A DNA stretch of 64,000 nucleotides, filler included, from Chiloscyllium plagiosum (lineage: Eukaryota), in the NCBI RefSeq assembly GCF_004010195.1. It is 4 parts of one record of this genome, joined end to end, with 100 filler letters (N's around TTAATTAATTAA, not from the genome) between each part and the next. Parts side by side here need not be neighbours in the genome. Positions count along the whole stretch, not along the records: positions 1 to 22,536 come from NC_057710.1; 3 more parts are not named here. The stretch is one strand, 5' to 3'. The notes under the pieces were generated by a model. That model saw only the letters and a list, made by a program, of their open reading frames with translations, ran no database searches and was not told where the DNA came from. Numbering within the stretch: the first letter of the stretch is position 1; every line of letters starts with the position of its first letter. Shown piece after piece: positions 1 through 12,619 of this stretch. The translations under genes and the position numbers were made by a program.

Positions 1-235
1 GACCTATCACCTTCATCCCCTCCCCCACTCACCTATTGTACTCTATGCCACTTTCTCCCCACCCCCCATCCTCTTCTCATTTATCTCTCTACCCTTCAGG
101 CACTCTGCCTGTATTCCTGATGAAGGGCTTTTGCCCGAAACATCGATTTTACTGCTCCTCGGATGCTGCCTGAACTTTTCCAGCACCACTCTAATCTAAA
201 CTCTGGTTCCCAGCATCTGTAGTCATTGTTTTTTC
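1..235 (+). mobile_element. Penelope-like element 3'/pLTR fragment (hammerhead-bearing shark family A)
   Basis: Pyrimidine-rich body, then CTGATGA-AGGGC-TTTT-GCCC-GAAAC and the tail ...GGATGCTGCCTGA...CCAGCACCAC...CCAGCATCTGTAGTC; the same sequence recurs at 6790, 8430, 19530, 20918, 51675 and 63018. Confidence 0.75.
113..148 (+). ncRNA. Minimal type I hammerhead ribozyme motif (PLE-associated)
   Basis: CUGAUGA (117-123), extra A, stem II GGGC-UUUU-GCCC, GAAA (137-140), then C-AUC (probable CpG decay of C-GUC); short stem I. Confidence 0.65.
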
Positions 236-1069
236 CTACACACAAAGCCATGTTGACTATCCCTATTAAGTCCTTGCCTCTCCAAAGACATGTACATCCT
301 ATAGTAATAAACCATGAGTATATTGCCACTCTTATACTGTTGTGCATTGGAAGCTACTTATTATTGGAAGTAATTTGATTGCATGGTGAACCTTCCATTT
401 TTTTTTAGAGAATTGCACTAATGATACGTGCTGCCCATGTTATGCTTTGTAATATGTCCATAACTGTCTCTGATAAACATGCTTGTGTGACATTGAAGTA
501 CAGAATTGTTCCAAATAGGGTGGGATATAGTTAGAACTTGCATGTTTACTACACAATAAATAATTTCACATTTTGGAATGGCAACACTTAGCCCAGCCAA
601 CCACTGCTTCCCTACATGAAAAATACCTGCAATTATACGTTCCACAGAATAAAAGAACTAGATGTTTGGAAAAGTATGCCATTACAATGATCCTGACTAA
701 GTGGGATATTGATTGGTAGAGCTGTATAGTCACCACAATGTGGCTATACAAAGCAAACTCCGTATGTATTACAGCCAAACACTAAGGTTTGAATCTTGCA
801 CTTTTTTTGGGCTAAGGTGGAGCTTCATTGAGCTTTTTGGAGGGTTTTTCACTGTGAGGCATGGCAAGATTTCTCACTCCATCTGACCAAATCCACCTCC
901 TTAACTACCAACCATGCTTCTATGGCATTTCCCACTTCTGATTTCCACCCCATTCTACCACTTGCTATTCTCACAACAACTTGCTACTCAATGGAAACCT
1001 GCTAACTAGAGCATCCCTGGTGGCACAGGGAATACTGCTGTGCACCCAGATGTGCACTTTCATTCTGAA

Positions 1070-2420
1070 ACTGCCCTCCTCATTGATGGACAGAAACAGA
1101 ATCCTGGTGGGATAAGGTTATGCAAAGGAGAGGAGTGCTCTTCCTGGAGGAGATAGGATCAAGCCATCAGACCTTTCCCTTCTGGTTTGATTTGATTAGA
1201 TTTATTATTGTCACATTTACCAGGATACAGTGAAAGCATTGTTTTGTGTGTTAACCAGACAAATCATACTTTACATAAGGGCATCAGAGTAATAGAACAG
1301 AATGCAGAACATAGTGTTAAAACTACAAAGAAGGTGCAGAATAAGATCATCTCTAATTTAACAGCAGGAAAGATGCTATTCTTGTATCTTTGGCATGTGG
1401 TTTCAAGCTTTTCTATCTTCGCCCTGATGGAAGAGGATTGAAGAGAGTATAACTGGGGTCTTTGATTACTTTGGCTGCTTTCCTGATGTAGTAGGAAGTG
1501 TAGATGGAGTCAATGGAAGGAAGGCTGAAGTTTTTTGTGGTGAACTGGACTGCATTTTCAACTCTCTGCAATTTCTAATGGTTCTGGGCAGAGCAGTTGC
1601 CATACCAAACTGTGAGGCATCAGACAGAATGCTTTCTGTGGTGCATCTAGGAAAATTGGTAAGAATCATTGTGGGCATGCCGAACTTCCTTCACCTTCTG
1701 AGGAAGTAGAGGTGTTGGTGTGTTTTCCTGACTGTCAAATCAATGTAGCTGGACCAGGACAGATTATTGGTGATATTTACTCCTAGGAATTTGAAGCTCT
1801 TGACCACCGCCATCTCAGCACCGTTGATACGGGAAGCGGTGTAACCTACACTCTGCTTCCTGAAGTTGATGATGAGTTCCTTCATTTTGCTGACATTGAG
1901 TGAAATGTTGTTGTCATTGCACCATGTCACAAAGCTGCCTATCTCCTTCTTGTACTCTGTCTCATTGTTGAGGTTGCTATGCCGGTCAGTCCTGTACTAA
2001 GAGTATTGAAAATGGGCACCAATGCAAAAAGAAGGCAGATGACCTTCTTTGCTCTGCTGGGATAAGTGCCACATTTTTCTCTATACTCACATTCACTCTA
2101 TTTCTGCTACCACATCCATCGTCCACCCAGATTAATGCCCCACCACTGTCACTGTTGCCTGCAACACATACTCTCACCAGGTTTCTCCCTCAGCTCCCAT
2201 ACCACTAACCTTACATGTCCTCCATGCTTCCTCCTAAGTTTGTGGAAAACCTTATCATGTTTCACCCACTTGCACTAGCTGGAATTGCGGTGTCACTGCT
2301 TCCTCATTCATTCCAACCTTTTTCTTCATTCCAGGAGAAGACAGCTCATAACAGAACAGAGAAAGCCCAATGCAGTCCTATCTACACCCCCATGAGGGGG
2401 GATTCCTGCACCTGGTCCTT
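1070..2420 (+). pseudogene. Degenerate PIF/Harbinger-type Myb/SANT-like DNA-binding ORF remnant, split by a Rex1 insertion and an intron-like segment
   Basis: Translated pieces: ...KVMQRRGVLF...HQTFPFW | (Rex1) | EVAMPVS...HQCKKKADDLL (2020-2050), then after the TTCATTCCAG acceptor EKTAHNRTEKAQ (2335-2370). This resembles the W..VA..V....QC.KK..DL / K.AHNR motif of Harbinger Myb-like proteins. Confidence 0.5.
1187..1968 (-). mobile_element. Rex1/Babar-clade LINE, 5'-truncated (RT C-terminus and 3'UTR)
   Basis: ORF 1691-1930 WCNDNNISLNVSKMKELIINFRK...FKFLGVNITNNLSWS...HLYFLRR and ORF 1466-1678 TTESILS are typical Rex1 RT/thumb motifs; the 3' end reads ...TTTCACTGTA...GTGACAATAATAAATC followed by short AATC repeats. 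Confidence 0.85.
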
Positions 2421-2610
2421 GAGAGAGAAGATGGAGACTGCTTCAACAGATGTCAAAACATTCCTGTCCCCTCAAGTGAATATATTACTATGTCTGCCAT
2501 TACCACTTTCCCACTAACCGTGTTGTCACTCTGAATCATTGAACATCACATCCAACTACTAGTCATGAAGACTGCCCTCTTGGTTGTTTTGCAGCTTTTA
2601 CAAAGTTCAT

Positions 2611-3065
2611 AATGGTGACTGCAGTCAGACAGACAGGGATGTTCCCTCTCAGTTGGGGAACAAGTCAGCAGTCAGGAACATTTGGCTTCGGATCTTTGGG
2701 TGACCATTCTCCACTGTGGACTTTGGGACATGCAACATAGCAGAGTGGCCGAGCAAAGGAGGAGAGCTTAGTTCGGTAGCCATGAGGACGGCCTCACCCA
2801 GGAACTTGTCACACTATAGGTCACCCCACTACACTATACACTCTCACGCAGACCTTCTCTCATGCACAGACTCTGTCAAACACAAAAAACACCCCCCCCC
2901 CTGAAAGGCGCAAACACACATTCGCCCAAGCACTCACATGCATATACACACACTCATACTCTCTCTCACTCTCTCTCTCATACACACACAAACTCTATCT
3001 CTTTCTCTCTCTACCTCCATCCCATACATGAATGCACACACAAAAAGCACACAATCTGCAAGCAG
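2611..3065 (+). mobile_element. Penelope-like element (Neptune-type) GIY-YIG endonuclease C-terminus and CA/CT-rich 3'UTR, degenerate
   Basis: Translation RQGCSLSVGEQVSSQEHLASDLWVTILHCGLWDMQHSRVAEQR..FGSHEDGLTQEL..SHYR resembles the Neptune GIY-YIG end (PVGEHF..GH...DL.V.IL.....R..AE..I.KF.....GLN.D); followed by (CA)/(CT) low-complexity sequence. Confidence 0.65.
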
Positions 3066-3068
3066 TCA

Positions 3069-3630
3069 ATCATAGAGTCATAGAGTCATGGAGATGTACA
3101 GCACGGAAACAGACCCTTCGGTTCAAACCGTCCATGCCCACCAAATATCGAAACCCAATCTAGTCCCACCTGCCAGCATCCGACCCCTATCCCTCCAAAC
3201 CCTTCCTATTCATNNNNNNNNNNNNNNNNNNNNNNNNNNNNNNNNNNNNNNNNNNNNNNNNNNNNNNNNNNNNNNNNNNNNNNNNNNNNNNNNNNNNNNN
3301 NNNNNNNNNNNNNNNNNNNNNNNNNNNNNNNNNNNNTCCTCCAACCCTGGCAACATCCTTGTAAATCTTTTCTGAACCCTTTCAAGTTTCACAACATCTT
3401 TCCGATAGGAAGGAGACCAGAATTGCACGCAATATCAGTGGCCTAACCAATGTCCTCTACAGCCGCAACATGACCTCCCAACTCCTGTATTCAATACTCT
3501 GACCAATAAAGGAAAGCATACCAAATGTCTTCTTCACTATCCTATCTACCTGCGACTCCACTTTCAAGGAGTTATGAACCTGCACTTCAAGATCTCTTTG
3601 TTCAGCAACACTCCCTAGGACCTTACCCCT
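3069..3630 (-). mobile_element. CR1/HER1-type LINE 3' fragment (contains N gap 3214-3336)
   Basis: QFWSPSYRKDVVKLERVQKRFTRMLPGL and LGSVAEQRDL..V...L motifs; (ACTCTATG)n-type tail at 3069-3090. Confidence 0.9.
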
Positions 3631-6600
3631 CCAGGGCCAATGGGCTCCACACCCTAACTGTGGAATGTGGGGAAGCATTGAGACATAGTGCGACAGAGAG
3701 AAAGAAGAAGACATATTGAGGGGTCTGTGGTGGCATGGATGAGGAAGGCATTTTTAATAAAAAGCTCGTACATAATTATTGAGGGTTTTAGCTTTCCTGA
3801 TTTTTGAGTCTGCCTGTGTTAGCACTCAATGCATTTCAAACCAGCCGGCAGCAGTTCATGGCCATATGAGTTGTACTGGATGGAAGTTGTGTTGGGGAAT
3901 GGATGGGTCACCATCACAACCAATAACCTTTGGGACTGTCGTGAAGGTGCCACTTATTATTATTACCATTGTTACACATCTGTAAAGTGTACTTATAATG
4001 TACTTTTAATTATTACTAATAAACTAATCTTGTTAATGTTGCAAATAATCACAGAAAACAATGAATTCTTAGTGCTTCTACTTACAGATATTCTGACCTA
4101 CTAGATACCAGGTTTTCAGATCATCGATAACTCAAGGAATGTTCCTCCACATACAAGACTGTATTGGCTAATTGCAGATTATCTGCACTACAGCACAGGG
4201 CTGCTCCAGGACAAAGAACAGAGGAGCCAACAGGAGCGACAAGTGTAAAACAGCATGTGAAAGTAGTCAAGCTTCTTTGTCTTAATTAAAATTCACATTT
4301 GTTATTCCCCATGTCTGTGTGTTATTACAAAAATAAAATCACAACATAGGTGGCAGATCAACTCCTAAGAAACTGGACGCAGACTCACAGACTCTGCAAC
4401 CTGGCCTACTGATGATTCTGGAAAGCATTGCGCAAGAATATCCTGGAGCTATGGGAAGGAAGCCTGCTGGTTTTGTTGTAGTGCAATGAGCAGATTGACC
4501 AGACAGCAAACCTGCTGTGCTAATAGTGCTCAGCCAAATTGCAGAAGGATATACAATATGGTCATGTCAGTGTACATCTGGCTGTATCCAGAAAACATCA
4601 TGTAATAGACATTTTTGCCATCATGTCAATGTGCCAAAATGTTTGTTGCTTGAACAGTTGAATTAGCATCTCCTCAAGCCTTGAAAGATAATGTTTAGAT
4701 ACAATTCCTCAATTGTTCACTTACATTGCATTCTAATTCTTTACTTTTTTCATTTTTGTTACACCCCCCTGCATGAGTAAGCTCATTTGCCTATCCATTC
4801 AATATTTTTATTATTAATATTGCAATTTTGAAGATCAGTTCGTCCATTTCTCTGCACTGTAAAACTAAAAATCTTTCAAATCTGATCATCTGAAACTTTC
4901 AATATCATTTTCCACCTTTTGCAGCCAGCATTGCAATAATGATTTTATTTGGGTAAAGTGATTTATTTTGGTTTAATTTATTTTAATAATTTTAATTTAC
5001 ATCCAATTGGATCATTTCATTTGTTGTTAATAATGATCTATAAATTTGTGGAAGCAGTAATGGCATATCCTTTGTTCACTAGTATGTACGTATCTTACTG
5101 CTGTAAACCTGCTTGAAATGACTTCATATGCAATTGTCCAAAATAGACCTTCTGCCCAAATGACAATGCATTGTTAAGCAAATAAAAATGGTTTAGTTTA
5201 CTAGTACCTCGCCTTTGACATTGCAATTCTAGAATATTTTCAGCCACCCAAAGAGAGAGGTTGAAGGTAGAAATAGATCAGATACTGGTTCACAGGTTCA
5301 CATTTTGATGGCAGAAAAGATTGTGCAGCACTAAGGTATGTGACATCATATATCAGATTGAACAGTCAGTTTCCTTACCTAAAGCTTGATATGAAGAATG
5401 TGAAAATTGAGAAGGTAGGCTTGGAGTATCAGTGGACCCCAAATACAATTGTCTGCAATGAGCAAGATTTTTGTGGGCTGGCCGAACTCCATGCCTGAAA
5501 TGAATTCCAGTCATGCAAAGGATTTTCCCAGGGTAGAAATGTAAAAATCTAATCTTATATTCACAAAATGAAAAGATCTTCCACAGCATTTTAAAGGAAT
5601 AGGTACAATACAATGAATGCAAAGAGCACATTTTAAAAAAAATATTATTAGCATGTTCATGTTAACATTACCCTAAAATATTTATTCATATTTTGCTTTG
5701 ATGTTGTCGGTTGTCTAATATTGGATGTAATAAGAATTATTCTATGTACAAATCACCATTCTGTCTCCTCATGTAAAATCATGTGGTATTCTCAGGAACT
5801 GCAATACATAAAACTTTGTTTTCTCTGGGTGTTCTCAGCATTTTCCTTTTCCTGTTTTATTTCTTTTGAGTAATGCAATTCATTTACAATTGGTTGTTTC
5901 TCTTTTGGGCATAGAACATATTTTCATACCAGATAAAAACTTCCACATTTTCCTTTTGTTATTTCCCCTTTGTTGTGGCGTTGATATGCACAGCTTGAGC
6001 TGTAATGTAAGCTTTCCTGTTTGCCAATCAAGTGGATGAATGTCTGAGATTTAATGATTAAATATAATTAAATAAGTTCGCTGTTTGCAACTGGAACTTA
6101 CTTTCTGCAGGTGTACAACAGATTGTGTAGAACTGAGAGAATGCCTATCCCAAAATCTTGAAGCCAGAAGCAGACATTTAATTTAAGCGTTCTGCCTTTT
6201 AAATAGAAAAGCATATTGTTATGAAACTCTCTGGTGTGCTTAGCAAACTGTGGTTAAGAACTGAGCCAAACTTGTAGTTAAGCGCCAAGAACTGGTCATT
6301 CTGTCCTCGCTTTTGGAAGGTACAAATAAATTATGTCCTAACATGTTAAATAACATCACGTTTCAGTGTGAATTATTTCAAATCCAAAACAACACTAAAT
6401 GATTACAATAAGAACTTTTCAGTTCTTTTGAATAATCAAAAAACACAGAAAGTTGTGACATACCTTGTGGAACTCCTAAAATTAAGCAAGAGGATGTTTT
6501 CAGCATTTAAAAAAAAATTGCTCTATGTGCATTTAGTGTTCTTGAACAATTCACTCAATTATTATGGAAATTCAAAGTGGGAGCAGACATGAATTTAGAC

Positions 6601-6689
6601 TGAGTGGTGAATGTGAATGAACTGAAAATAAGACAAAAAACATACTTGGAGTCAATGGAGGAATTCAGCACTGACAAAGAGAGGGATGG

Positions 6690-7035
6690 TGACATCGGGC
6701 TAATGTCACTGGACTAGAAATACAGAGTCAAAAAGTGTGGTGCTGGAAAGCAAAGCAGGTCAGGCAGCATCTGGAGGGCATGAGAAGAATTCCTGATGAA
6801 GAGCTTGTGCTCGAAATGGCAACTCTCCTGCTCGGATGCTGCCTGATCTGCTGTGCTTTCCCAGCACCACACATTTTGACACTGATCTCCAGCATCCGCA
6901 GTCCTCATTTTCTCTTAGAAATACAGAGGTCAAGGCTACTGTTCTGAGTTCAAATCCAGCCATGGCAGCGCGTGACCATAAAACTGGAATTTTGTAAAGA
7001 TCCATCCGGTTCACTGATGCCCATAAGGAAAGGAA
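6690..7035 (+). mobile_element. tRNA-derived SINE (shark family B), interrupted by a PLE insertion
   Basis: TAATGTCACTGGACTAG...GAGTTCAAATCC...CCATCCGGTTCACTGATG...AGGAAAGGAAAT; similar to copies at 47672 (-) and 50940 (+). Confidence 0.55.
6728..6915. mobile_element. Inverted (fold-back) PLE family A insertion with hammerhead remnant and 13-bp TSD
   Basis: Minus copy of the 3' end (~6724-6785) abuts a plus copy (~6790-6915) containing CTGATGA-A-GAGC-TTGT-GCTC-GAAA; flanked by TAGAAATACAGAG at 6715-6727 and 6916-6928. Confidence 0.8.
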
Positions 7036-8428
7036 ATTCAGTAACTAGTTTGTGATTCCATGAGATAATTCTTAATTGTGCTCCAAAATAATGTAGCACT
7101 AAACTGCTGCAAGGAAATCAAAAGAATACAGCCTGCCTGACCACCAGGTATCAACCAAGGAACTGGTAACAGCAATGCTACACATGCCAATGCAACACGA
7201 GAAAGTCATCCTTATTAACTGAGTGCAACAAGCTTTGGAGAGCTATCCAACAGACAATCTAAGCAACACGTTGACGTTTTTCCTTCCAGGTTATAGCGAT
7301 TTTTGGTTGGGAAGGAGCTGTCGAAGAGCCCTTAGTGAATTTCTGTGATGCCTCTTCCAGATGGTACATCCTTCTGGAACTGAGTGTTGATGGTGGAAAC
7401 AGTGGATGTGGTGCCAATCAAGCAGGCTGCTGTGTCCAGGAGGGTGGCAAGCTCCTTCAATATTGTTGTAGCTATGCTCATGCAGATAAGTGGGAAGTAT
7501 TCCACCACACTCCTGACTTGTGCTTTGTAAATGGTGGACAGGCTTTAGTAAGTCAGGAAGTGAATTACTCACTGCAGGATTCGTAGCCTATGACCTGCTG
7601 TTATAGCCATATTTGCGATCTGGCTTGAGCCTTTCAATTTCTGGTCAATGGTTCCAGTCAGGATGTTGATAGTGGGGGGATTCAGTGATGGTAATATCAT
7701 TGAATGTCAAAGGGTGATGGATAGAGTCTCTTTATTTGGACATGGTCATTGCCTGCCACGTGTGAATGTTGCTTACCACTTTTCAGCCCAAGCTTGGATA
7801 TTGTTGATGTCTTTGTGCACTTGGGCATGCATTGCTTCAGTGTTTGACAAGTCATGAATGGTGCTAAACATTGTGCAATCATCGGCGAACATCTCCACTT
7901 CTGATCTCATGATGAAAGAATATTATTGATGAAGCAGCTGAAGATGTTTTGCAGGACTCTACCTTGAAGAACGTCTTTGGAATTGTCCTGGAATGGGATG
8001 ATTGACACTCAACAATCACAACCATCTTCCTTGTGCTAAGTATGACAGACCAGTGGAGAGATTTCCCTGATTCCCATGGACTCCAGTTTTGCTAGGGCTT
8101 CTTCAAGCCACACTTAACCAAATGCAGCCTTGACGTCAAGGGCTGTCACTCTCACCTCACCTCTGGAATTCAGCTTTTTTGTTCATGCCTGAGCCAAGGC
8201 TGTAATGAGGTCAGGAGGTGAGTGGTCCTGGCAGAACCCAAACTGGACATCACTGAGCAGGTTATTGCTGAACGGTGCTGCACTGTTGATGATCCCTTCC
8301 ATCACTTTACTGATGATTGAGAGTAGACTGATGGGGTAGTAATTGGCTGGGTTGGATTTGTCCTGCTACTTGTGAACAGGACATACCTGGCCAAATTTCT
8401 ATATTTTTGGATAGATGCCAGTATTATA

Positions 8429-8557
8429 GGTGAAAGTGAGGACTGCGCATTCTGGAGATTAGAGTCTAGAGTATGGTGCTGGAAAAGCATAGCAGGCCAG
8501 GCAGCATCCAAGGAGCAAGAAAATCAATGTTTCTGGCAAAAGCCCTTTCTCAGGAAT
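8429..8557 (-). mobile_element. PLE family A 3' end with decayed hammerhead, nested in LINE family B
   Basis: Reverse complement reads ...CCTGAGAAAGGGCTTTTGCCAGAAACATTGATT...GGATGCTGCCTGGCCTGC...CTCCAGAATGCGCAGTCCTCACTTTC. Confidence 0.75.
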
Positions 8558-9082
8558 TACAGGTCCACTGGAGCTGCTTGGTTGGGGCATGGCTAGCTCT
8601 AGAGTGCATGTCTTCAGTAATATTGCCAAAATGTTGTCAGGGTCCATAGCCTTTTCAGTATCCATTACCTTCAGCTGTTTTTTGATATCACGTAGTGAAT
8701 TTAATTGGTTGAAGACTGGCATCTGTGATGCTGGGTCTACTGGAGGAAGTTGAGATAAATCACCCAGTAGGGTCCTCTGGTTGACAATTTTGTAAATGCT
8801 TAAGCATTATCTTTTGCATTATCTTCTGCTTCCCTCATGGAGTGAGAATATTTGTGGAGTCTCACAATTTATTAAATTTTCCATCATCATTCATGACCAA
8901 TGTGGTAGGTCTGCAGAATTTAGATCTGATCCATTGGTTGTACAATCCTTTAGATCAGTCTATCACTTGCTGCTTATCCTGCTTCGCATGCAAGTAGTCC
9001 TGTTTTGTAGCATCACCAGGTTGACACCTCATTTTTTGACATGCCTAATATTGCTCATCTCATGCTCCCTTACAGCAAAATA

Positions 9083-9240
9083 AAGAACAGTACAGCATAG
9101 GAACAGGGTCTTTGGCTCACCAAGACTATGCCAACACATGATGCCTTTCTGAATTAAGAACCTTTTTCTTGTACACGGTACATAACCCTCAATTCCCTAA
9201 CCATTATATATCTGTCAAAATGCCTCTTAAATGTTGCTAT
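9083..9240 (-). mobile_element. CR1 3' end fragment nested in LINE family B
   Basis: AGAACAGTACAGCATAGGAACAGG...TGCCTCTTAAATGTTGCTAT matches the reverse complement of the CR1 3' ends elsewhere in the window. Confidence 0.6.
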
Positions 9241-9984
9241 CCTAATATAGTTTTCATAGAATCAGGGTAGAGTGGGGGATATTCCAGACTATGAGGTTGC
9301 AGATTGTGTTGGAATACAATTCTGCTGCTGTTTTTGGTTCAGACTGACCAGCTTAAATTGCTAAATTAAAATCAGCAGGTGTTGAGGAGAGAGAAACAGG
9401 GTGAGCATTTTGAGGGCAATGTAACTTTTCTTTGAAATGAGTTACTAGATCTGTGTGAAATCTATGCCATTTAGCCACACAGTGCGATCCCAATGTTCAT
9501 GGCCATAGCAGGTATGGCTTTATCATTATCGGTGAGTCTGGTCAGTTCCTCCAGTGGTAGGGCACTTCCAGTGGTTGTGGTAGCAGTGACACCATGATGG
9601 TTCCAGTTTGTTCCTCATGGCTCTGGCCACAACGTGGTGACTTCGGGCAGCAACTGACGTGGTGATAGGTTCAGTATCGGTGACTTGGTGGGTCTGGTCT
9701 CTCCCTCCTTGTTATGGTAGCGATGCAATGGTGTCAATTTTGTCTCGGTTGTTCACAGTGTGGTGGGTCTCGTCCGGATATCCTTACTTTGGTAGTGATG
9801 TTCTGTAAGCCACTTCAAAAACCCAGAAGCTGTGGAGGGAACAAAAGCTGAATTCTGTCTGAACTTTGTCTCAATTATTTCTTTTTAGAGTTTCTGTAAT
9901 TAAAATGATGCTGAATTGTGGCAACTTATGCACACCTCATTGTAATTTCATAAATACATTTTACAATATATTGTTATTCTATTC

Positions 9985-10400
9985 TAACCTGACTTGCAAC
10001 TATATCACCATTCTTCCACTACTGCTGGGTCAAAATTCAGGAACTCATTTCTTCACAGCACTATGAATGGCCGTACCTTGCAAGGACTGCAATGTTTCAA
10101 AAAGGCATTCAGCACCACCTTCTCCAGGTCAATCAGTGTTGGGAAATGAATACTGGCCTTAACAGTAACACCAGCATCCCATAAACATATAAAAAATATC
10201 TAAATCAGATGTTGGAAATTCTGCACCCAAGTAACTCACCACCTTGTCTCCTCAAACCCTATCCACCATCCAAAAGGTACAAGTCAGGAGTCTGAAGGAT
10301 TGCACTCAACTTAGCTGCATGAGTGCATCACCAACAACCCTTAAGCTTGGGAAATCAAAGAAAAAGCAACTTCCATGTTCAGCAAGCTATCCACCACCAC
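9985..10400 (+). mobile_element. LINE family B 3' fragments
   Basis: CTGACTTG..ACTATATC...GCTGGGTCAAAAT..GGAACTC...CACCACCTTCT tail and CCAAGTAACTCACC...AAGTCAGGAG, homologous to 7290-7570 and 39410-39805. Confidence 0.65.
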
Positions 10401-10442
10401 TAGCTAAATCTCTTCCATTTCAAGATATCTAAGTGTCATATT

Positions 10443-10753
10443 TAGATTAGATTACTTACAGTGTGGAAACAGGCCCTTCGACCCAACAAGTCCACACCAA
10501 CCCACCAAAACGCAACCCACCCAGACCCATTCCCCTACATTTACCCCTTCACCTAACACTACGGGCAATTTGGCATGGCCAATTCACCTAACCTGCACAT
10601 TTTTTGGACTGTGGAAGGAAACCGGAACACCCGGAGGAAACCCACGTAGACATGGGGAGAATGTGCAAACTCCATGCAGTCAGTCACCTGAGGCAGGAAT
10701 TGAACCCAGGTCTCTGACGCTGTGAGGTAGCAGTGCTAACCACTGTGCCACCC
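10443..10753 (-). mobile_element. HE1-type V-SINE, near full length
   Basis: tRNA-like head (GGTGGCACAGTGGTTAGCAC...GGGTTCAATTCC), V-domain (GGAGTTTGCACATTCTCCCC...GGGTTTCCTCCGGGTG..CCGGTTTCC), CR1-like tail and (TAATC)n end. Confidence 0.9.
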
Positions 10754-12619
10754 ATAAACCTGACTTTAAATTTCTGTGGGAATTCGCCTGATTTCTTCAA
10801 CACGTCATTCTTGAGATGTGGCAAGACAAACCTCTATGACTCTCTCCATGTCACCCTCAAGATGACACATGCGAGCACCTTAACACTGAGCAATGTTACC
10901 ATTGTAGAGGCGTATGATTAAGTCATGAGCTTGTTTGAGATTCCTTTTTCCATCACTTTAGCAGTGGTGTTTGTAAATCATTTTACATAGTTTGGTGCCT
11001 GTGCTGAAATAATGAAGAAAGATTATTGCATTGTTGTGCATAATCCAAGATAATTTTAAAGTTGTTGCTACCAGATGGGAGGAGCAATATACTGAAAATC
11101 TTTATGCACTGTCACTATTGCCAAGACAAAATCTTGAAATTCCCATTCTAACAGCAAAACCTACAGCACCTACTCACTAAACCACCTCTAGAAATCATCT
11201 CATCATCACTTTCTCAAGGGTAATGAGTGATGAGCAATAAATACTGACCTGAAGAATAGCACAAGATTGTGGAAAAGAGTAAAAGAAGGCATTTCAATTT
11301 ATTTCTTTAAGGCAGGACAATTGCCATGCAGTAACAGTATTAGTTAAGGAAGCAGTTTGAATGATCATACCTGCTATTGTTTCAACTACATACAAGAGGA
11401 AACAATTCTTCACATTTTAGAAATTCTTTTGTGATGGCAGGTATTCAAATTCTATCCAAGTCAATCAGATTGAATTTTGGTGGTAAAATACAGCCCACAG
11501 TTCAAATCCAACAAAAGGCTTCCAATACTCGACTCATGGTTTGTTGTCTATCCACTGAGTTTCAGCCTCAACTCTTGGATTTCTCCATGATCAGCAGATT
11601 TTGAACACTGAATGAGCAGACTTTATTGCGCCAATCTGAAATAAGCCTGTGCCAAATCAACTTGGCTCAGGAGCTTTAGAGAGTAAAGGCTGAAATGTCA
11701 ATGTTTTTAACTTTAGCTGGTAGCAGATAAGGAGGCAATGCAAGCAAAATATACAGGGTAGGAGATCCCAGTCAGGAATAGCAACTTTGGAACACATAAA
11801 TATCAGTGAGTCATTGATGTACAAAAGAAGACTGTAAAAAGAAAAAAATTAGACTGGACGCATGGTGTTTGGGCAGCATGGAGTTTAGATGTCTAATTTT
11901 ATTTTACTGGGCACCTGTAGATTTGCATTACCACATGTGGCCTATATAATGGATATGACATGTGTACTAAAAGATTGAACACAATAAATACATGTAACTG
12001 ACCTAACCAACTGCAATATTTGATCCAAATGTAGTGAATGTTTATGATTGAAAACTCAAAGTTATTATACAAATTGCTTATGTGTTAGTCTGAAGCATAA
12101 ATTTACTCTTTAGAATTCCTAAAACATACCCCTCAGTGTGTTTATAGCAATTGGATAACTATTATATGTTAATTTTTTCATTCAGAAAAAGACAGATTTT
12201 ACATAATCATTCCATCAGCTACATTTTTAATGGTATTCAGTTGATATGCAATTTAATTTTAATTAATTAAATCTCTGTTGTTGTTAAGGATTATCATCTC
12301 TGGTCTTAGCTATTTTGAAGTTTCAATTCAATCAAGCATAATTTGTCAACCTTCAAATAATATGTGTCTTAATATAGCAATCACATGATGAGCAACATGG
12401 GAACATGTAAAACAACTGTCCTTTCGGATTAATTGATTGCGAAAAATAATAACAAATTGAGCACTACATTGCCAATTGCATTCTAAGATTTTGCAAAATT
12501 AAGGTAAGTTAGAATGCAGTGGAGAATTCAGATCTCATTAAGGCTATTATGAAAATCTTAGGGAGTCACAGGACGCAAAGTATTCACTCTGATATCTCTC
12601 CACAAATGTTGCCAGACCT

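Larger units (their letters stand above)
7290..9365 (-). mobile_element. CR1/L2-group LINE (shark family B), degenerate RT region with nested insertions
   Basis: Minus-strand translation gives IKKQLKVMDTEKAMDPDNI..ILLKTC and QDKSNPANYYPISLLSIISKVMEGII...QFGF...VTALDVKAAF (RT motifs 0-2); many stops and frameshifts. Confidence 0.8.
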
